Source: Candidatus Culexmicrobium cathedralense
GTDB lineage: Archaea > Thermoproteota > Methanomethylicia > Culexarchaeales > Culexmicrobiaceae
Direction of reading: 5' to 3'
Assembly: GCA_025061115.1 (NCBI GenBank)
Contig: JANZKC010000001.1
Coordinates: forward strand, 96,001 to 160,000
Length of the DNA: 64,000 bases
The notes beneath the pieces are model-generated. The model made no database searches. It had not been told where the DNA came from and was given only the letters and a program-made list of their open reading frames with translations. Both the position numbers and the translations under genes were made by a program. Below are positions 38,068 to 47,856 of the stretch, one piece after another. Positions within the stretch are counted from its first letter, which is position 1; every line of letters begins with the position of its first letter.

Positions 38068-38802
38068 ATGCTGATCAAACATTTAAGAGAGAAATGGTGG
38101 AAAAGAGTTTTAAATGCAGGACTCGAAGGCGAGGAGGTAATTGTAAAAGCTAGCCCCTTAACTCCCATCGAAGCAATTGGCAATCCAACAAAGTGGACAT
38201 TCCCATTGATGACAGGTCGTGAAGTTATGATTGAAGCAGTAATTGGAGAAGCTAAAGGTCAAGCATATACGGATAAGCCCTCCAACTTTGAAGGCAGTTT
38301 AAGGGATGTGAAAAACTTAGAATTGAACACCAATGCTAGCAGAGCAATATTCATTGCAACCGTAAATGCAACCTACAGATTACTTGGATTAGTGGAAGGC
38401 ACGAGACACTGCAAAAATGATGGTCCGGAAAAATGCGCTTCAAAAATAGCCTCATGGATTTACGAGAAACATGGAAGTGCAAGAATTGGCTTAATAGGAT
38501 ATCAACCCGCCATTCTCCACCATCTAGCTCTAAAGTTCAATCATGTTAGAGCAACAGACATGAACCCAGAAAATATAGGAAAAAATATTGATGGACAAGT
38601 TGTTATCGAGCCGCACACCAACAATTACGACGTAATCAATTGGAGCGACGTAATTCTAGCTACAGGCACAATCATAGTCAATAATACGATTGATAAGATT
38701 ATTGAAGCAGCTAAAGGTAAAAACCTCTACTTTTATGGAGTAACCATTGCAGCTGCTGCAAAAGAGTTTAATTTAAAGAGATTATGCTTCGAGTCAAATT
38801 GA
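38068..38802 (+). CDS. DUF364 Rossmann-like (putative heavy-metal chelation) protein
   Basis: RAIFIAT.NA, HC....P..C, IGYQP and TGT.IVN.T motifs. Confidence 0.8.
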   Translation: MLIKHLREKWWKRVLNAGLEGEEVIVKASPLTPIEAIGNPTKWTFPLMTGREVMIEAVIGEAKGQAYTDKPSNFEGSLRDVKNLELNTNASRAIFIATVNATYRLLGLVEGTRHCKNDGPEKCASKIASWIYEKHGSARIGLIGYQPAILHHLALKFNHVRATDMNPENIGKNIDGQVVIEPHTNNYDVINWSDVILATGTIIVNNTIDKIIEAAKGKNLYFYGVTIAAAAKEFNLKRLCFESN

Positions 38803-39185
38803 AGCTCAAACCATTAAGCATTAATTCCTAAAGGAACTGAAAATCATAGTATAATGATTATTTTAACTGACACAATTAAATTCAGCAAACATCCACTCAC
38901 CATAATTGGCTGCGGCGCGGACCAAATCGAAGAAGAACAGCTCGTACAGCTAGGTAAATGCTTGAAAGTTGATAAGGAGGAAACATTAAGGATGTTTAGG
39001 GACTAGCTAAGGAATTGGCTTACCAAGGCTATGAAAATATGTAAAGCTCAGCCTTTAAAAATCAGGTAGAAATGGGAAGTCATCTTTTAAATTTATCTAA
39101 TATGAAGTTAAATGAGTAAAACTTATTTATTTTTTACAAGTTTTATGAATTGTAACGTGGAATAACTAAAACTGGAGGAAAAGCA

Positions 39186-40142
39186 TTGAACAGTGCTGTA
39201 GCAATAAGAGAGCTCACGAAGCACTATGGAAGAACAAAAGCCGTCGACTCACTAACGCTGAACATCAAGAGGGGAGAAATCTTCGGGCTACTTGGACCAA
39301 ATGGAGCTGGGAAAACTACTACCATTTTGATTACCGTCACAGTTCTCAAGCCAACTAAAGGCACAGTAATAGTTGAAGGATTTGACGTGATTAGGGAGCC
39401 CGATAAAGTTAGAAAGCTAACTGGACTTGCATTTCAAGAGCCGAAGGCTCTACACGTGGATAAAGTCTACGACATATTGATGTGGCATGGAAAAGTATGC
39501 GGACTAAGGGGAAATGAACTGAAAAGAAGAGTTAGGGAAGTTATGGATAGACTTGGACTTTGGGAGCATAGGAACAAGCTTTTCATGGAGCTGAGCGGCG
39601 GATTTAGAAAGAGAGTTGAAGTTGCCAAAGTTCTAATTCAAAAGCCAAAAATAGCTATTTTCGATGAACCTACAGCCCAAATAGATGTTATTGGAAGGCA
39701 TGAAATTTGGAATGCCATCAGAGAGCTGAGAAGCGAGGGATCAACCATAATTGTCGCCACCAACAACATGAGCGAAGCAGAAGCCCTATGCGACAGAGTC
39801 GCCATAATACATAAGGGGAAGCTTGTAACTGTTGGCTCCATTTCAGAGCTAAAAGATCAAGTACCTGGAGGAGACATAGTTGAGATAATAACAAACAAAC
39901 CAGTTCCGAGCGATTTAATTCGACAAGTGTCTTCACAGGTAGATGCTTCTTCATTTAAATGTGAAAGAAACTTAATAGTTTTCTACCTCAACAAGGGGGA
40001 AACTGCAATACCCCAAATAGTTAAAATGCTGAGCAGTAAAGGATATGAAGTTAAGCAGGTGAGAATGAAGGAGCCAACCCTCGATGATGTTTTCTTCTAC
40101 TTTACAGGAGCAACTTTACTGGGAAGGCGAGCGGAGGTGTAG
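39186..40142 (+). CDS. ABC transporter ATP-binding protein (DrrA-like)
   Basis: GPNGAGKT, LSGG and DEPT motifs; the H-switch position reads ATNNM. Confidence 0.93.
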   Translation: MNSAVAIRELTKHYGRTKAVDSLTLNIKRGEIFGLLGPNGAGKTTTILITVTVLKPTKGTVIVEGFDVIREPDKVRKLTGLAFQEPKALHVDKVYDILMWHGKVCGLRGNELKRRVREVMDRLGLWEHRNKLFMELSGGFRKRVEVAKVLIQKPKIAIFDEPTAQIDVIGRHEIWNAIRELRSEGSTIIVATNNMSEAEALCDRVAIIHKGKLVTVGSISELKDQVPGGDIVEIITNKPVPSDLIRQVSSQVDASSFKCERNLIVFYLNKGETAIPQIVKMLSSKGYEVKQVRMKEPTLDDVFFYFTGATLLGRRAEV

Positions 40143-40143
40143 C

Positions 40144-40905
40144 ATCATCACTTCAAGAGGCATAATTGCCATAATTGAAAGGGACATCAAAAAAATGAGC
40201 AGGTACAAGTTCTTCCTAGCGATGAGAACAATTTCATTCATAGTACATGTATTAATATTTGGAGTAACAGCTTCAGCAATAGTGAATTACCCTAACTTCT
40301 ACAAGTTCTACCTCCTAGGAGTTTACTCCTCAATCCTATTTTCAATGTCCACCTACATGGGGTATGATGTCATTGATGAAGCTCAGGACGGCTTATTCGA
40401 CTACTACCTTTCACTTCCAATCTCCAGAAGAGAGCTAATTATAGGTAAGACCATTGGAAGCGGATTGACAGCACTATCGTACTCCCTGCCAATGCTCATA
40501 ATAATATCATTATTAATAGGAATTAATTCCCCATATAGAGTGCTTTTAGCAGTATTTTCAGCTTCCCTCTTCGCCTTAGGAGTTAGTGGCTTCATGATAT
40601 CGATAACATTAGCCATTAAGTCTGCAGACATAGCAGACATAGCTTTTGGCGTCGTGAGCACTCTTCTAATTAGGCTCAGCACGATCTATTATCCACTAGC
40701 TGTGATGCCAACTTATTATAGGGTTCTAGCCGAATTCAATCCAATAACGCACTTAGCTGACTTCTTAAGATTCGTAATTTTAGGTGAGGGTTACTCCATC
40801 CCACCTGAAGGCTCATTAATAGCTTTAATTGGTTTAGCAGCAGGTTCCATTTCAGTAGCAGTAATCCTCATTGAAAAGGCCATTGAAGGAGGAAGGTGGC
40901 GATGA
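40144..40905 (+). CDS. ABC-2 permease, probable non-canonical ATC start
   Basis: IIERD...LSLP.SR...GK...YYP...NP.T motifs; GGAGGTG SD at 40133-40139. Confidence 0.85.
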   Translation: MITSRGIIAIIERDIKKMSRYKFFLAMRTISFIVHVLIFGVTASAIVNYPNFYKFYLLGVYSSILFSMSTYMGYDVIDEAQDGLFDYYLSLPISRRELIIGKTIGSGLTALSYSLPMLIIISLLIGINSPYRVLLAVFSASLFALGVSGFMISITLAIKSADIADIAFGVVSTLLIRLSTIYYPLAVMPTYYRVLAEFNPITHLADFLRFVILGEGYSIPPEGSLIALIGLAAGSISVAVILIEKAIEGGRWR

Positions 40906-41669
40906 GCATAGTAGCTCTAGTAGAAAGAGACCTCAATAGATTTTGGAAGTATAAGTGGTGGCTTGCAGGCATTATAGCCATAAATTTAGGCGACCTGCTC
41001 ATCATGGCACTAGTATTCGGCAACCTAGTTAGAAGAGAATACATTCCAAATTACATGCAGTTCGCAGCTCCAGGCATAGCTATAATGGCATTATTCATAT
41101 CAGCATTCTCAATTGGAAGAGAAACTGCCCAGGAATTTAGGAGAGGATATAATCAGTACCTTCTATCACTACCATTCAGCGATTGGCAATTAGCAGTTGG
41201 CAAAATGTTAGCTGGAACAGTTAGGGGACTAATTTACGTAACTCCATTTCTTATGCTAGTAGCAATATTGGTGGGGCTGCCACCTCAACTAGACTTAATT
41301 TCAATAATCCTTGCAGTTACTCTAACATCAGCTTCGATGTCTAGCTTGGGATTAGCACTAGCTCCACTAGTTAGAAAGCTCAGCATATACGTAACATTGA
41401 GAAGCCTAATATACTTCATAGTATTCTACTTCAGCACCATATTCTACCCGGAAGAAGCACTAAAACAACTTGCCCAAGCAAATAGCGCATACAGCATGGT
41501 ATACTATATAGCTAAGGTTAATCCAGCTTCAATAGCAGTTGAAATAATCAGAACTGCATTTAAAGTGCCTCAAAGCGCAGAGCCAAATATACCAGCATTC
41601 ATAATAGGAAATCTAACACTTACAATTTTGGGAGCAATAGTGTACGTTAAAGCTCTAAGGCGTGGATAA
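40896..41669 (+). CDS. ABC-2 permease
   Basis: VERD, APG, LSLP...GK, STIFYP and NP motifs. Confidence 0.9.
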   Translation: MAMSIVALVERDLNRFWKYKWWLAGIIAINLGDLLIMALVFGNLVRREYIPNYMQFAAPGIAIMALFISAFSIGRETAQEFRRGYNQYLLSLPFSDWQLAVGKMLAGTVRGLIYVTPFLMLVAILVGLPPQLDLISIILAVTLTSASMSSLGLALAPLVRKLSIYVTLRSLIYFIVFYFSTIFYPEEALKQLAQANSAYSMVYYIAKVNPASIAVEIIRTAFKVPQSAEPNIPAFIIGNLTLTILGAIVYVKALRRG

Positions 41670-41711
41670 CCCGATAAGGCATGCGCATAAATTTCGATGC
41701 AATAAATCAGC

Positions 41712-43574
41712 CTACATCCATGGAGACTCTATTTCGCTAATCTTGCTATAATGCAATTTTGTGTACCATTCCTTCACATAATCTGGAAGTAGTTCTAAGT
41801 AGCCCAAATAACGATCATCTGCAAGAACGAGAACAGCTTTATCATCAATGCTTCTAATAGCTCTTCCAAGAGCCTGGGAAGCCCGCCTCAAAGCCGGAAG
41901 AATATATGCATAGAGCTTTCCTTTATCCTCACCGTAAAGGCTTTTGTAGTAATCTATGTACAATTTAGTTCTAGTCGTAGGCTTTTCAAAAGGAATGCCT
42001 ACGAGAAATATTGCTTCAAGCTCCTCTCCAGGAAAGTCGGCTCCCTCAGCGAACCTACCTCCAATAGGAGCGACCAGAACACTCAACTCAGATTTACCTA
42101 ATTCCTTAAACTTCATTAATGTGCTTCTACTTTCAGGCCCGCTCATTCCTCTCCTTTCAATAAACATCTTATAACCTATACCTTCTACCTTCTCCTTCAA
42201 ACCTCTATTAAGCAATTTACTCTGAACTCTATAGCTCGCAGTAAATATGGCAGAATTAACTTTAATTTTTTGAAGGAAAATGCTTATCGCATTAACATAC
42301 CTATCCGCCATCTCATCGCTTAGCTCTTCACCTCTAGTTGTAACTCCAGTTAAAATGTAAACTTTGACGTTCTCCTCATGGTAAATGTTTGGAACTTTAA
42401 TTTTCACATAATTGCCCAAACCTACAGTTTCAGCAAAAGCATCAATCGGTTCAAGTGTTCCGGAGCAAAATATGCATCTATGAAATAGAAGCCATCTATC
42501 CGCTAAAATTTCAGAAGCCCTCATATCCCATATGTTAAGCTTCAGATTGTCACCATTCCTCTCAGCTATAAAGGATATTCCATCAATGCCCTCCAAGCTT
42601 AATGCTGATAGCATAAATTCAGCAAAGTGATGTAGGGATGATCTGGGGCGCAATCCACGCTCAAGCCTACTTCTCCTCACAAGCTCTCCAATATGCACGG
42701 CATCTTCAAGTAGATAGTAACTTCCATGTGGAATTAAATCTTCAGGATTAAACGAGGCATCTTCTTCATCCTTGAGTTTCGAATGAATCTCAAGAGCTTT
42801 ATCCTCAGCATGATGCAACATGGAAACTAAATCTTTAGCTTTAAATTCCTCAGCTTCCCTAATAGCTCTACGAATAATGCCTAGAGTTATAGTATCAGAG
42901 TTTAGCTCCAAGCTTTGAAGGTTATGAGCTTCATCAACAACTAGAATTGACTTGCCAAACGGTATAAGAGGCCTAATGCTCCACTCCAATCTTTGGTCAA
43001 CGACGTAATTGTAGCTTAAGGATATCACGCTAGCATATTTTGCAAGTGCCCGTTGAATATAGTATGGACATGCCTTCAACTGTCTTCCAATACTATAAAC
43101 TTCACTGTAGGTTAATGGCCCATGGGCGAGGTAGCTTTGAGGCCTAAATTTTCTCTTAAAATTCTTATAGAACATGCACTTATCCTTATAGGAGCTACAC
43201 ATGTATGAAACATCAGAGTAGTCGAGGTCCCCACCATAGCTTTCAGCTAAAAGACACATATCCCTCTTACCTCTATATGAAATTCCGAAAATAGGTAAGC
43301 CAAGCTTATTAACCATCATTTTAAGCTCATCGATGGGTCGATCCGTTTCATTGCCAGTTCTTACAGCCCAGATGACTCTTAAACCCCTTAAAATGCGAGG
43401 AATTAGTGTAGATAGAATCACCACCGTCTTTCCAAAACCTGTTGGAGCGTGTAGGCAGACATGCCTAAAGTTCAAGTTCGCCCTAATTTTGCCAATAACT
43501 TCCTCCTGATAAGGCCTTGGAGTATATGGAAAGTATGTCAGCACATCTGGACGTCGAGGCATTGCAGCTCCCAA
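41712..43574 (-). CDS. xpd: XPD/Rad3 Fe-S DNA helicase
   Basis: Q motif PRPYQ, APTGFGKT, Fe-S cysteines with CPYY, DEAHNL, SGTL, EGADF and QALGR.IR. Confidence 0.9.
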   Translation of the reverse strand: MGAAMPRRPDVLTYFPYTPRPYQEEVIGKIRANLNFRHVCLHAPTGFGKTVVILSTLIPRILRGLRVIWAVRTGNETDRPIDELKMMVNKLGLPIFGISYRGKRDMCLLAESYGGDLDYSDVSYMCSSYKDKCMFYKNFKRKFRPQSYLAHGPLTYSEVYSIGRQLKACPYYIQRALAKYASVISLSYNYVVDQRLEWSIRPLIPFGKSILVVDEAHNLQSLELNSDTITLGIIRRAIREAEEFKAKDLVSMLHHAEDKALEIHSKLKDEEDASFNPEDLIPHGSYYLLEDAVHIGELVRRSRLERGLRPRSSLHHFAEFMLSALSLEGIDGISFIAERNGDNLKLNIWDMRASEILADRWLLFHRCIFCSGTLEPIDAFAETVGLGNYVKIKVPNIYHEENVKVYILTGVTTRGEELSDEMADRYVNAISIFLQKIKVNSAIFTASYRVQSKLLNRGLKEKVEGIGYKMFIERRGMSGPESRSTLMKFKELGKSELSVLVAPIGGRFAEGADFPGEELEAIFLVGIPFEKPTTRTKLYIDYYKSLYGEDKGKLYAYILPALRRASQALGRAIRSIDDKAVLVLADDRYLGYLELLPDYVKEWYTKLHYSKISEIESPWM

Positions 43575-43613
43575 TCCCCTTCATTAAATAAATCACAAAA
43601 CAATGCTTAGTAA

Positions 43614-43829
43614 CTAATTTCTCAAGTCCCCTAAGCCGCTCTCCTTCTCCTTAACTCCAGGAACTTCATATAAAACTCCATCTTCCGAAAGGACAAGAAC
43701 ACTTCCGCAATCTAAACACCTAAAGTACTTATTAACTCCACTTTCACTCCTCTCTATACCTAAAAATTCAATTCTAGCATGCTTACATTCACTTTTACTC
43801 AAATACGATCCCCATCGATACTTCCGCAA
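43614..43829 (-). CDS. Small Zn-ribbon protein
   Basis: CKH...CLDCG motif. Confidence 0.6.
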   Translation of the reverse strand: MRKYRWGSYLSKSECKHARIEFLGIERSESGVNKYFRCLDCGSVLVLSEDGVLYEVPGVKEKESGLGDLRN

Positions 43830-43926
43830 CCATAAACATTAACTTTTTCACAACAACATGCTGAAGTAAATTTGCAATAAGCTTTTAAAAAATTAAAATA
43901 AGTATTAGGTTGAAGGTGAGTTTAAT

Positions 43927-44205
43927 TTGGAGGAAATTAAGGAGAGAAAACTTGTAGAAGTTGGGAGAGTTACGCACTACTATTCAAGAATTGGAGTTGC
44001 AGTCATTGAGTTGAAGGCGCCATTGGCAATTGGAGATAAAATTCTAATTAGGGGCAGCACAACAAACTTTGAGCAGACGGTTGAATCCATGCAAATTCAA
44101 CACAAAAATATTGAAAGAGCTGAAGCCGGCCAAGCAGTTGGACTAAAAGTTTTGGAGAGAGTTAGACCTAAAGACATTGTATATAAGGTAGTTGAAAATA
44201 ATTAG
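43927..44205 (+). CDS. EF-Tu domain II-like / U32 C-terminal beta-barrel protein
   Basis: VG.VTHYY..IGVA...L..GD.I...G.TT.F.Q.V.SMQ motif. Confidence 0.85.
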   Translation: MEEIKERKLVEVGRVTHYYSRIGVAVIELKAPLAIGDKILIRGSTTNFEQTVESMQIQHKNIERAEAGQAVGLKVLERVRPKDIVYKVVENN

Positions 44206-44287
44206 CTTGATTCAGAATACCTCCAGCAGCACTATACCATAACCATTAAAATAGTATGGGATGACTCTGAGACGTTATGGAGAACTG

Positions 44288-44509
44288 TTAGCCGCCACTT
44301 ATAGTTGGCATTAAAGTAACTTTATCGCCGCTTTTAACCAATGCATCAAGTGTTGCAGGTTTTCCATTAACAAGCACTATTACTCTCGATTCAAAGTTTT
44401 GGGGAAGAGATATTAGTTCTCTTATTTTCACTGGCTTTTCACTTTGAATTTCGAATTCTCTTCCACCTATTGCCTCCGCAATGTACCCTATTGCTCTTAT
44501 TTTTATCAT
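44288..44509 (-). CDS. MoaD/ThiS sulfur carrier associated with AOR
   Basis: VLVNG...GD.V...P..SGG C-terminus; lies downstream of aor. Confidence 0.88.
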   Translation of the reverse strand: MIKIRAIGYIAEAIGGREFEIQSEKPVKIRELISLPQNFESRVIVLVNGKPATLDALVKSGDKVTLMPTISGG

Positions 44510-44519
44510 GGCTTCGACT

Positions 44520-46352
44520 TCACTCTGACAGCTTAACGTATTTTTCCAGTTCATTTATCACGTAATTTAATCCGAGCTCTCGGAGCGTTGACTTCCTAGG
44601 AACACCCCTTTCATCCCATCCTCTCTCCTCATAGTACCAGTCGAGAAGCTTATTCCAGTTTTCTCGATCCAACTTTGAACCTGCAAGCGGCCCTTTAGTT
44701 ATTGGTTCTTCAAACCACCTTGCAGGAGGAGTATCCATTTCTCTACTCCAATTTCCGCCAAACTCCCTGACCCAAAAGGCCCTTATTAAAGTGTAAATTC
44801 TATCTCCAACTTTAAATAGCTCATCAAGAGCCAATTTAACTCCTGTCGCAGCTTCAAGGAACCTGGCATACCATTCGAGGCTGAAGCCCAGCTCTATCCA
44901 TGGAAGTCTGCAAGTTACCAGTGCTTCAAACATGCCTCCCCTAATTCTCTGAAACTCAATTACCTTATCTACTTTTGATTTAACATAATCGAATCTTCCA
45001 ACTTTCATTTCCCACGCAATTACCCATGCATCCTTATGATGAGCCCCAATTGGAGAGGTGCCAAAAGCAAGTGCCATTGCTGGAGCTGCGTGGCAGTCAT
45101 ACGCAGATATTTCAAGACCTTTAATATGCATTGCCCACTTGTAAGATTCACCGCCAATTTTCTCGGAAATCCTTTTAACACCTTCAGCCAACAAGTCTCC
45201 AAGTCCACGCCTATATGCCATGTCATAAAGTAGCTGCTTTGCCTTATCGTAATCTCCCCATTCAACTTTATCTTCAATTAGCTTTTTCTCCGAAGCCTCC
45301 ATTATAAAGCCTAGGACGTTCCCAGCTGAAATGGTGTCTAATCCAAGTTCATCGCAGACCCTATTTAGGACAGCCACCTTCTTTAAGTCTCCAACTCCAA
45401 TGTTTGACCCTAACATTGCCACGTTTTCATAGTCCAATTCAGACTCCCTACCTTCAGCGTCGGTTATAACGTTGCCGCACTGCATATTGCAGAATGGGCA
45501 TCCTCTCCGTTTAACCTTGTACTTCTCCATGGTGTAGCCGTCGATCTCCTTAGCGTAATCAAATACGCCTTCCCTGTAATTGTAAGTTGGTAGCGTGCTG
45601 TTCTCCTGGCACCACTCTATGGTCATCATTGTCCCCTGCCTAATCCAGAAGTCATAGCCGCTTGCACTTCTAATCTCTTCATACCCTTTCATTCCAAGAT
45701 CCTTAAGCTCACTTGGGTTAGCCACTGGAATCTCTTCAGTTCCCCTAAATACCACTGCTTTAACCTTTTTTGACCCTAATACTGCTCCCATGCCAGGTCT
45801 GCCACCAGCTCTACCTTCTTGAGACACCACTGTAGCAAATTTAACCAAATTCTCCCCAGCAGGACCAATGAGAACTAATCCTACATCTTTACCATGAATT
45901 TCTTTGAGCTTTCTCTCAGCTTCAAATGAATCTAAACCCCAAATGTCACTTGCATCCTTAATCTCGACGCTATCATTTTCAACGTAAATGTAAACTGGCT
46001 TTTCAGATGCACCCTCCAATACCACTGCATCATATCCAGCTCTCCTAAGGTGGAGAGAAGCTAAAGTTCCAACATTTCCATCGCCATAACCATACGTAAG
46101 CGGGCTTTTTGCTGCAATAACCATTTTACCGCTACTAGCTATAGGTAGGCCTGTTAGCGGGCCGGCAGCCAAAATTAACTTGTTAGCGGGAGATAGTGGG
46201 TCAACTCCAGGCTTAAGCTCATCCCACAAAATCTTGATTGCAAAGCCTCTTCCACCAATGAAGTTCAGCGCAAGATCGGCACCATACTCTTGAATAGACC
46301 ACTTCCCTTTCGATAAGTCTATTCTCAAAATTTTGCCATTCCAGCCATGCAT
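44520..46352 (-). CDS. aor: Tungsten-family aldehyde:ferredoxin oxidoreductase
   Basis: GW.G.ILRIDL, KSPLT, IGPAGE, GR.G.GAV.GSK, CxxCxxxC, DYE and DELGLDTIS motifs. Confidence 0.93.
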   Translation of the reverse strand: MHGWNGKILRIDLSKGKWSIQEYGADLALNFIGGRGFAIKILWDELKPGVDPLSPANKLILAAGPLTGLPIASSGKMVIAAKSPLTYGYGDGNVGTLASLHLRRAGYDAVVLEGASEKPVYIYVENDSVEIKDASDIWGLDSFEAERKLKEIHGKDVGLVLIGPAGENLVKFATVVSQEGRAGGRPGMGAVLGSKKVKAVVFRGTEEIPVANPSELKDLGMKGYEEIRSASGYDFWIRQGTMMTIEWCQENSTLPTYNYREGVFDYAKEIDGYTMEKYKVKRRGCPFCNMQCGNVITDAEGRESELDYENVAMLGSNIGVGDLKKVAVLNRVCDELGLDTISAGNVLGFIMEASEKKLIEDKVEWGDYDKAKQLLYDMAYRRGLGDLLAEGVKRISEKIGGESYKWAMHIKGLEISAYDCHAAPAMALAFGTSPIGAHHKDAWVIAWEMKVGRFDYVKSKVDKVIEFQRIRGGMFEALVTCRLPWIELGFSLEWYARFLEAATGVKLALDELFKVGDRIYTLIRAFWVREFGGNWSREMDTPPARWFEEPITKGPLAGSKLDRENWNKLLDWYYEERGWDERGVPRKSTLRELGLNYVINELEKYVKLSE

Positions 46353-46557
46353 GCAATCACCACTTTAAAAGAATAATAATTCGCTTAAAGCATTTACGAA
46401 TAACATCCACATATTTGCTAATTCGCATTTCATCGTCACATAACATGGGAAATAAGAATACATCCACTAAATTTATGAGTAAAATCCGCATCCGATCAGC
46501 AACAATTTAAAATTCTTAAACCTAAAATACTTCTGTTCAAATTGCGAGGTGCTTAAA

Positions 46558-47856
46558 GTGAGCGAAAATAGATGCTTAACCTTAGCTGCAACTGGAGATT
46601 CATTCATAGCAACTAGACTCTCAGTTTACAATGAGCCCGAATTCATGGAGCTAATTGAAATAATTAGAAGCGCTCATGTAAGATTTACAAACCTTGAAGT
46701 TCTAATTAACGACTTTAAAGGTTATCCGGCAGCTCAAAGTGGAGGAACATATGCTTCAGCCGAAAGCTACGTCGCTGACGAACTTAAGTGGATGGGATTC
46801 AACATCGTTAGCAGAGCAAACAACCATGCAATGGACTATAGGCTTGAGGGCATGCTAGAAACTACAAAAAATCTGAATAGAGTTGGAATTATCCACGCTG
46901 GAGTAGGAATGAATCTAGGTGAAGCAAGATCTCCATCATACCTAGATACTAGCGTTGGAAGAGTTGCCTTGATATCAGCTGCATCAACATTCCCAAGGGA
47001 GGCTTTAGCTGGAAATGCGAGGCCAGACCTTCAAGGAAGGCCGGGAGTAAATCCGCTGAGATACAGCGCACAGTACACTATTACCAAGGAGGCATTTAAG
47101 GACCTGGTTGAAATTGCAAAGCTACTTGGCTATAAGCTTAAGGAGCCAATTGAAAAATTAAGGTTATTTGGAGCGACAATTATTGCTGGAGATAAAGTTG
47201 AAGTTGAATTTAAAATCAATAAGCAGGATGAAGAGGGAAATCTGCGCGCAATCAAAGATGCCAAGAGGATGGCTGACTTCGTAATATTTTCACTCCACGC
47301 TCATGAAAGATTTCAAAGCATCGAGAAGCCAGCTCCATTCATAGAATATTTTGCCAGGAAATGCATAGATGCAGGCGCAGACATATTCATCGGACATGGC
47401 CCGCACGTGCTTAGAGGAATTGAAATCTACAAAGGGAAGCCAATATTCTACAGCCTTGGAAACTTCATATTTCAAAACGACTTAATTAAGAAACAGCCAG
47501 CAGACCTATATGAGCGATATAAACTTGACTGGAGAGCTACCCCAGCAGACCTGTACGACGCTAGAGAAAAAGGACTACCAGAATACATATCAATGGGCTT
47601 CAAATGGTTCACAAGCGACTCCAAGTACTGGGAAACAGTATTAGCATACTGCACATACGTCGATTGCAAATTAGTGGAAGTAAGACTGTATCCAGTTGAT
47701 TTAGGCTTCGGAAAAAGTAGGTGGGAAAGGGGAAGGCCAATGCTGGCTAAAGGAGCGAAGGCAGAGAAGATAATTAGAAGAGTTAAGGAGCTATCCAAAG
47801 TCTACGGCACCGAAATAAAGTTTAAAGATGGAATTGGCATTATAGAGCTCAACTAG
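46558..47856 (+). CDS. CapA/PgsA-family metallophosphoesterase (poly-gamma-glutamate synthesis protein-like)
   Basis: TGD, TNLE, RANNH..D, GHGPH and YSLGNF motifs; GAGGTG SD before the GTG at 46558. Confidence 0.88.
   Translation: MSENRCLTLAATGDSFIATRLSVYNEPEFMELIEIIRSAHVRFTNLEVLINDFKGYPAAQSGGTYASAESYVADELKWMGFNIVSRANNHAMDYRLEGMLETTKNLNRVGIIHAGVGMNLGEARSPSYLDTSVGRVALISAASTFPREALAGNARPDLQGRPGVNPLRYSAQYTITKEAFKDLVEIAKLLGYKLKEPIEKLRLFGATIIAGDKVEVEFKINKQDEEGNLRAIKDAKRMADFVIFSLHAHERFQSIEKPAPFIEYFARKCIDAGADIFIGHGPHVLRGIEIYKGKPIFYSLGNFIFQNDLIKKQPADLYERYKLDWRATPADLYDAREKGLPEYISMGFKWFTSDSKYWETVLAYCTYVDCKLVEVRLYPVDLGFGKSRWERGRPMLAKGAKAEKIIRRVKELSKVYGTEIKFKDGIGIIELN

Noticed and set aside
43614-43829. 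The Zn-ribbon ORF as Trm112, the partner of the Trm9-like enzyme
   Set aside because: It lacks the L.CP...YPI.DGIP pattern of Trm112.
44206-44287. ATGA/CTGA words between convergent genes as a further C/D sRNA
   Set aside because: The box order and spacing do not fit on either strand.
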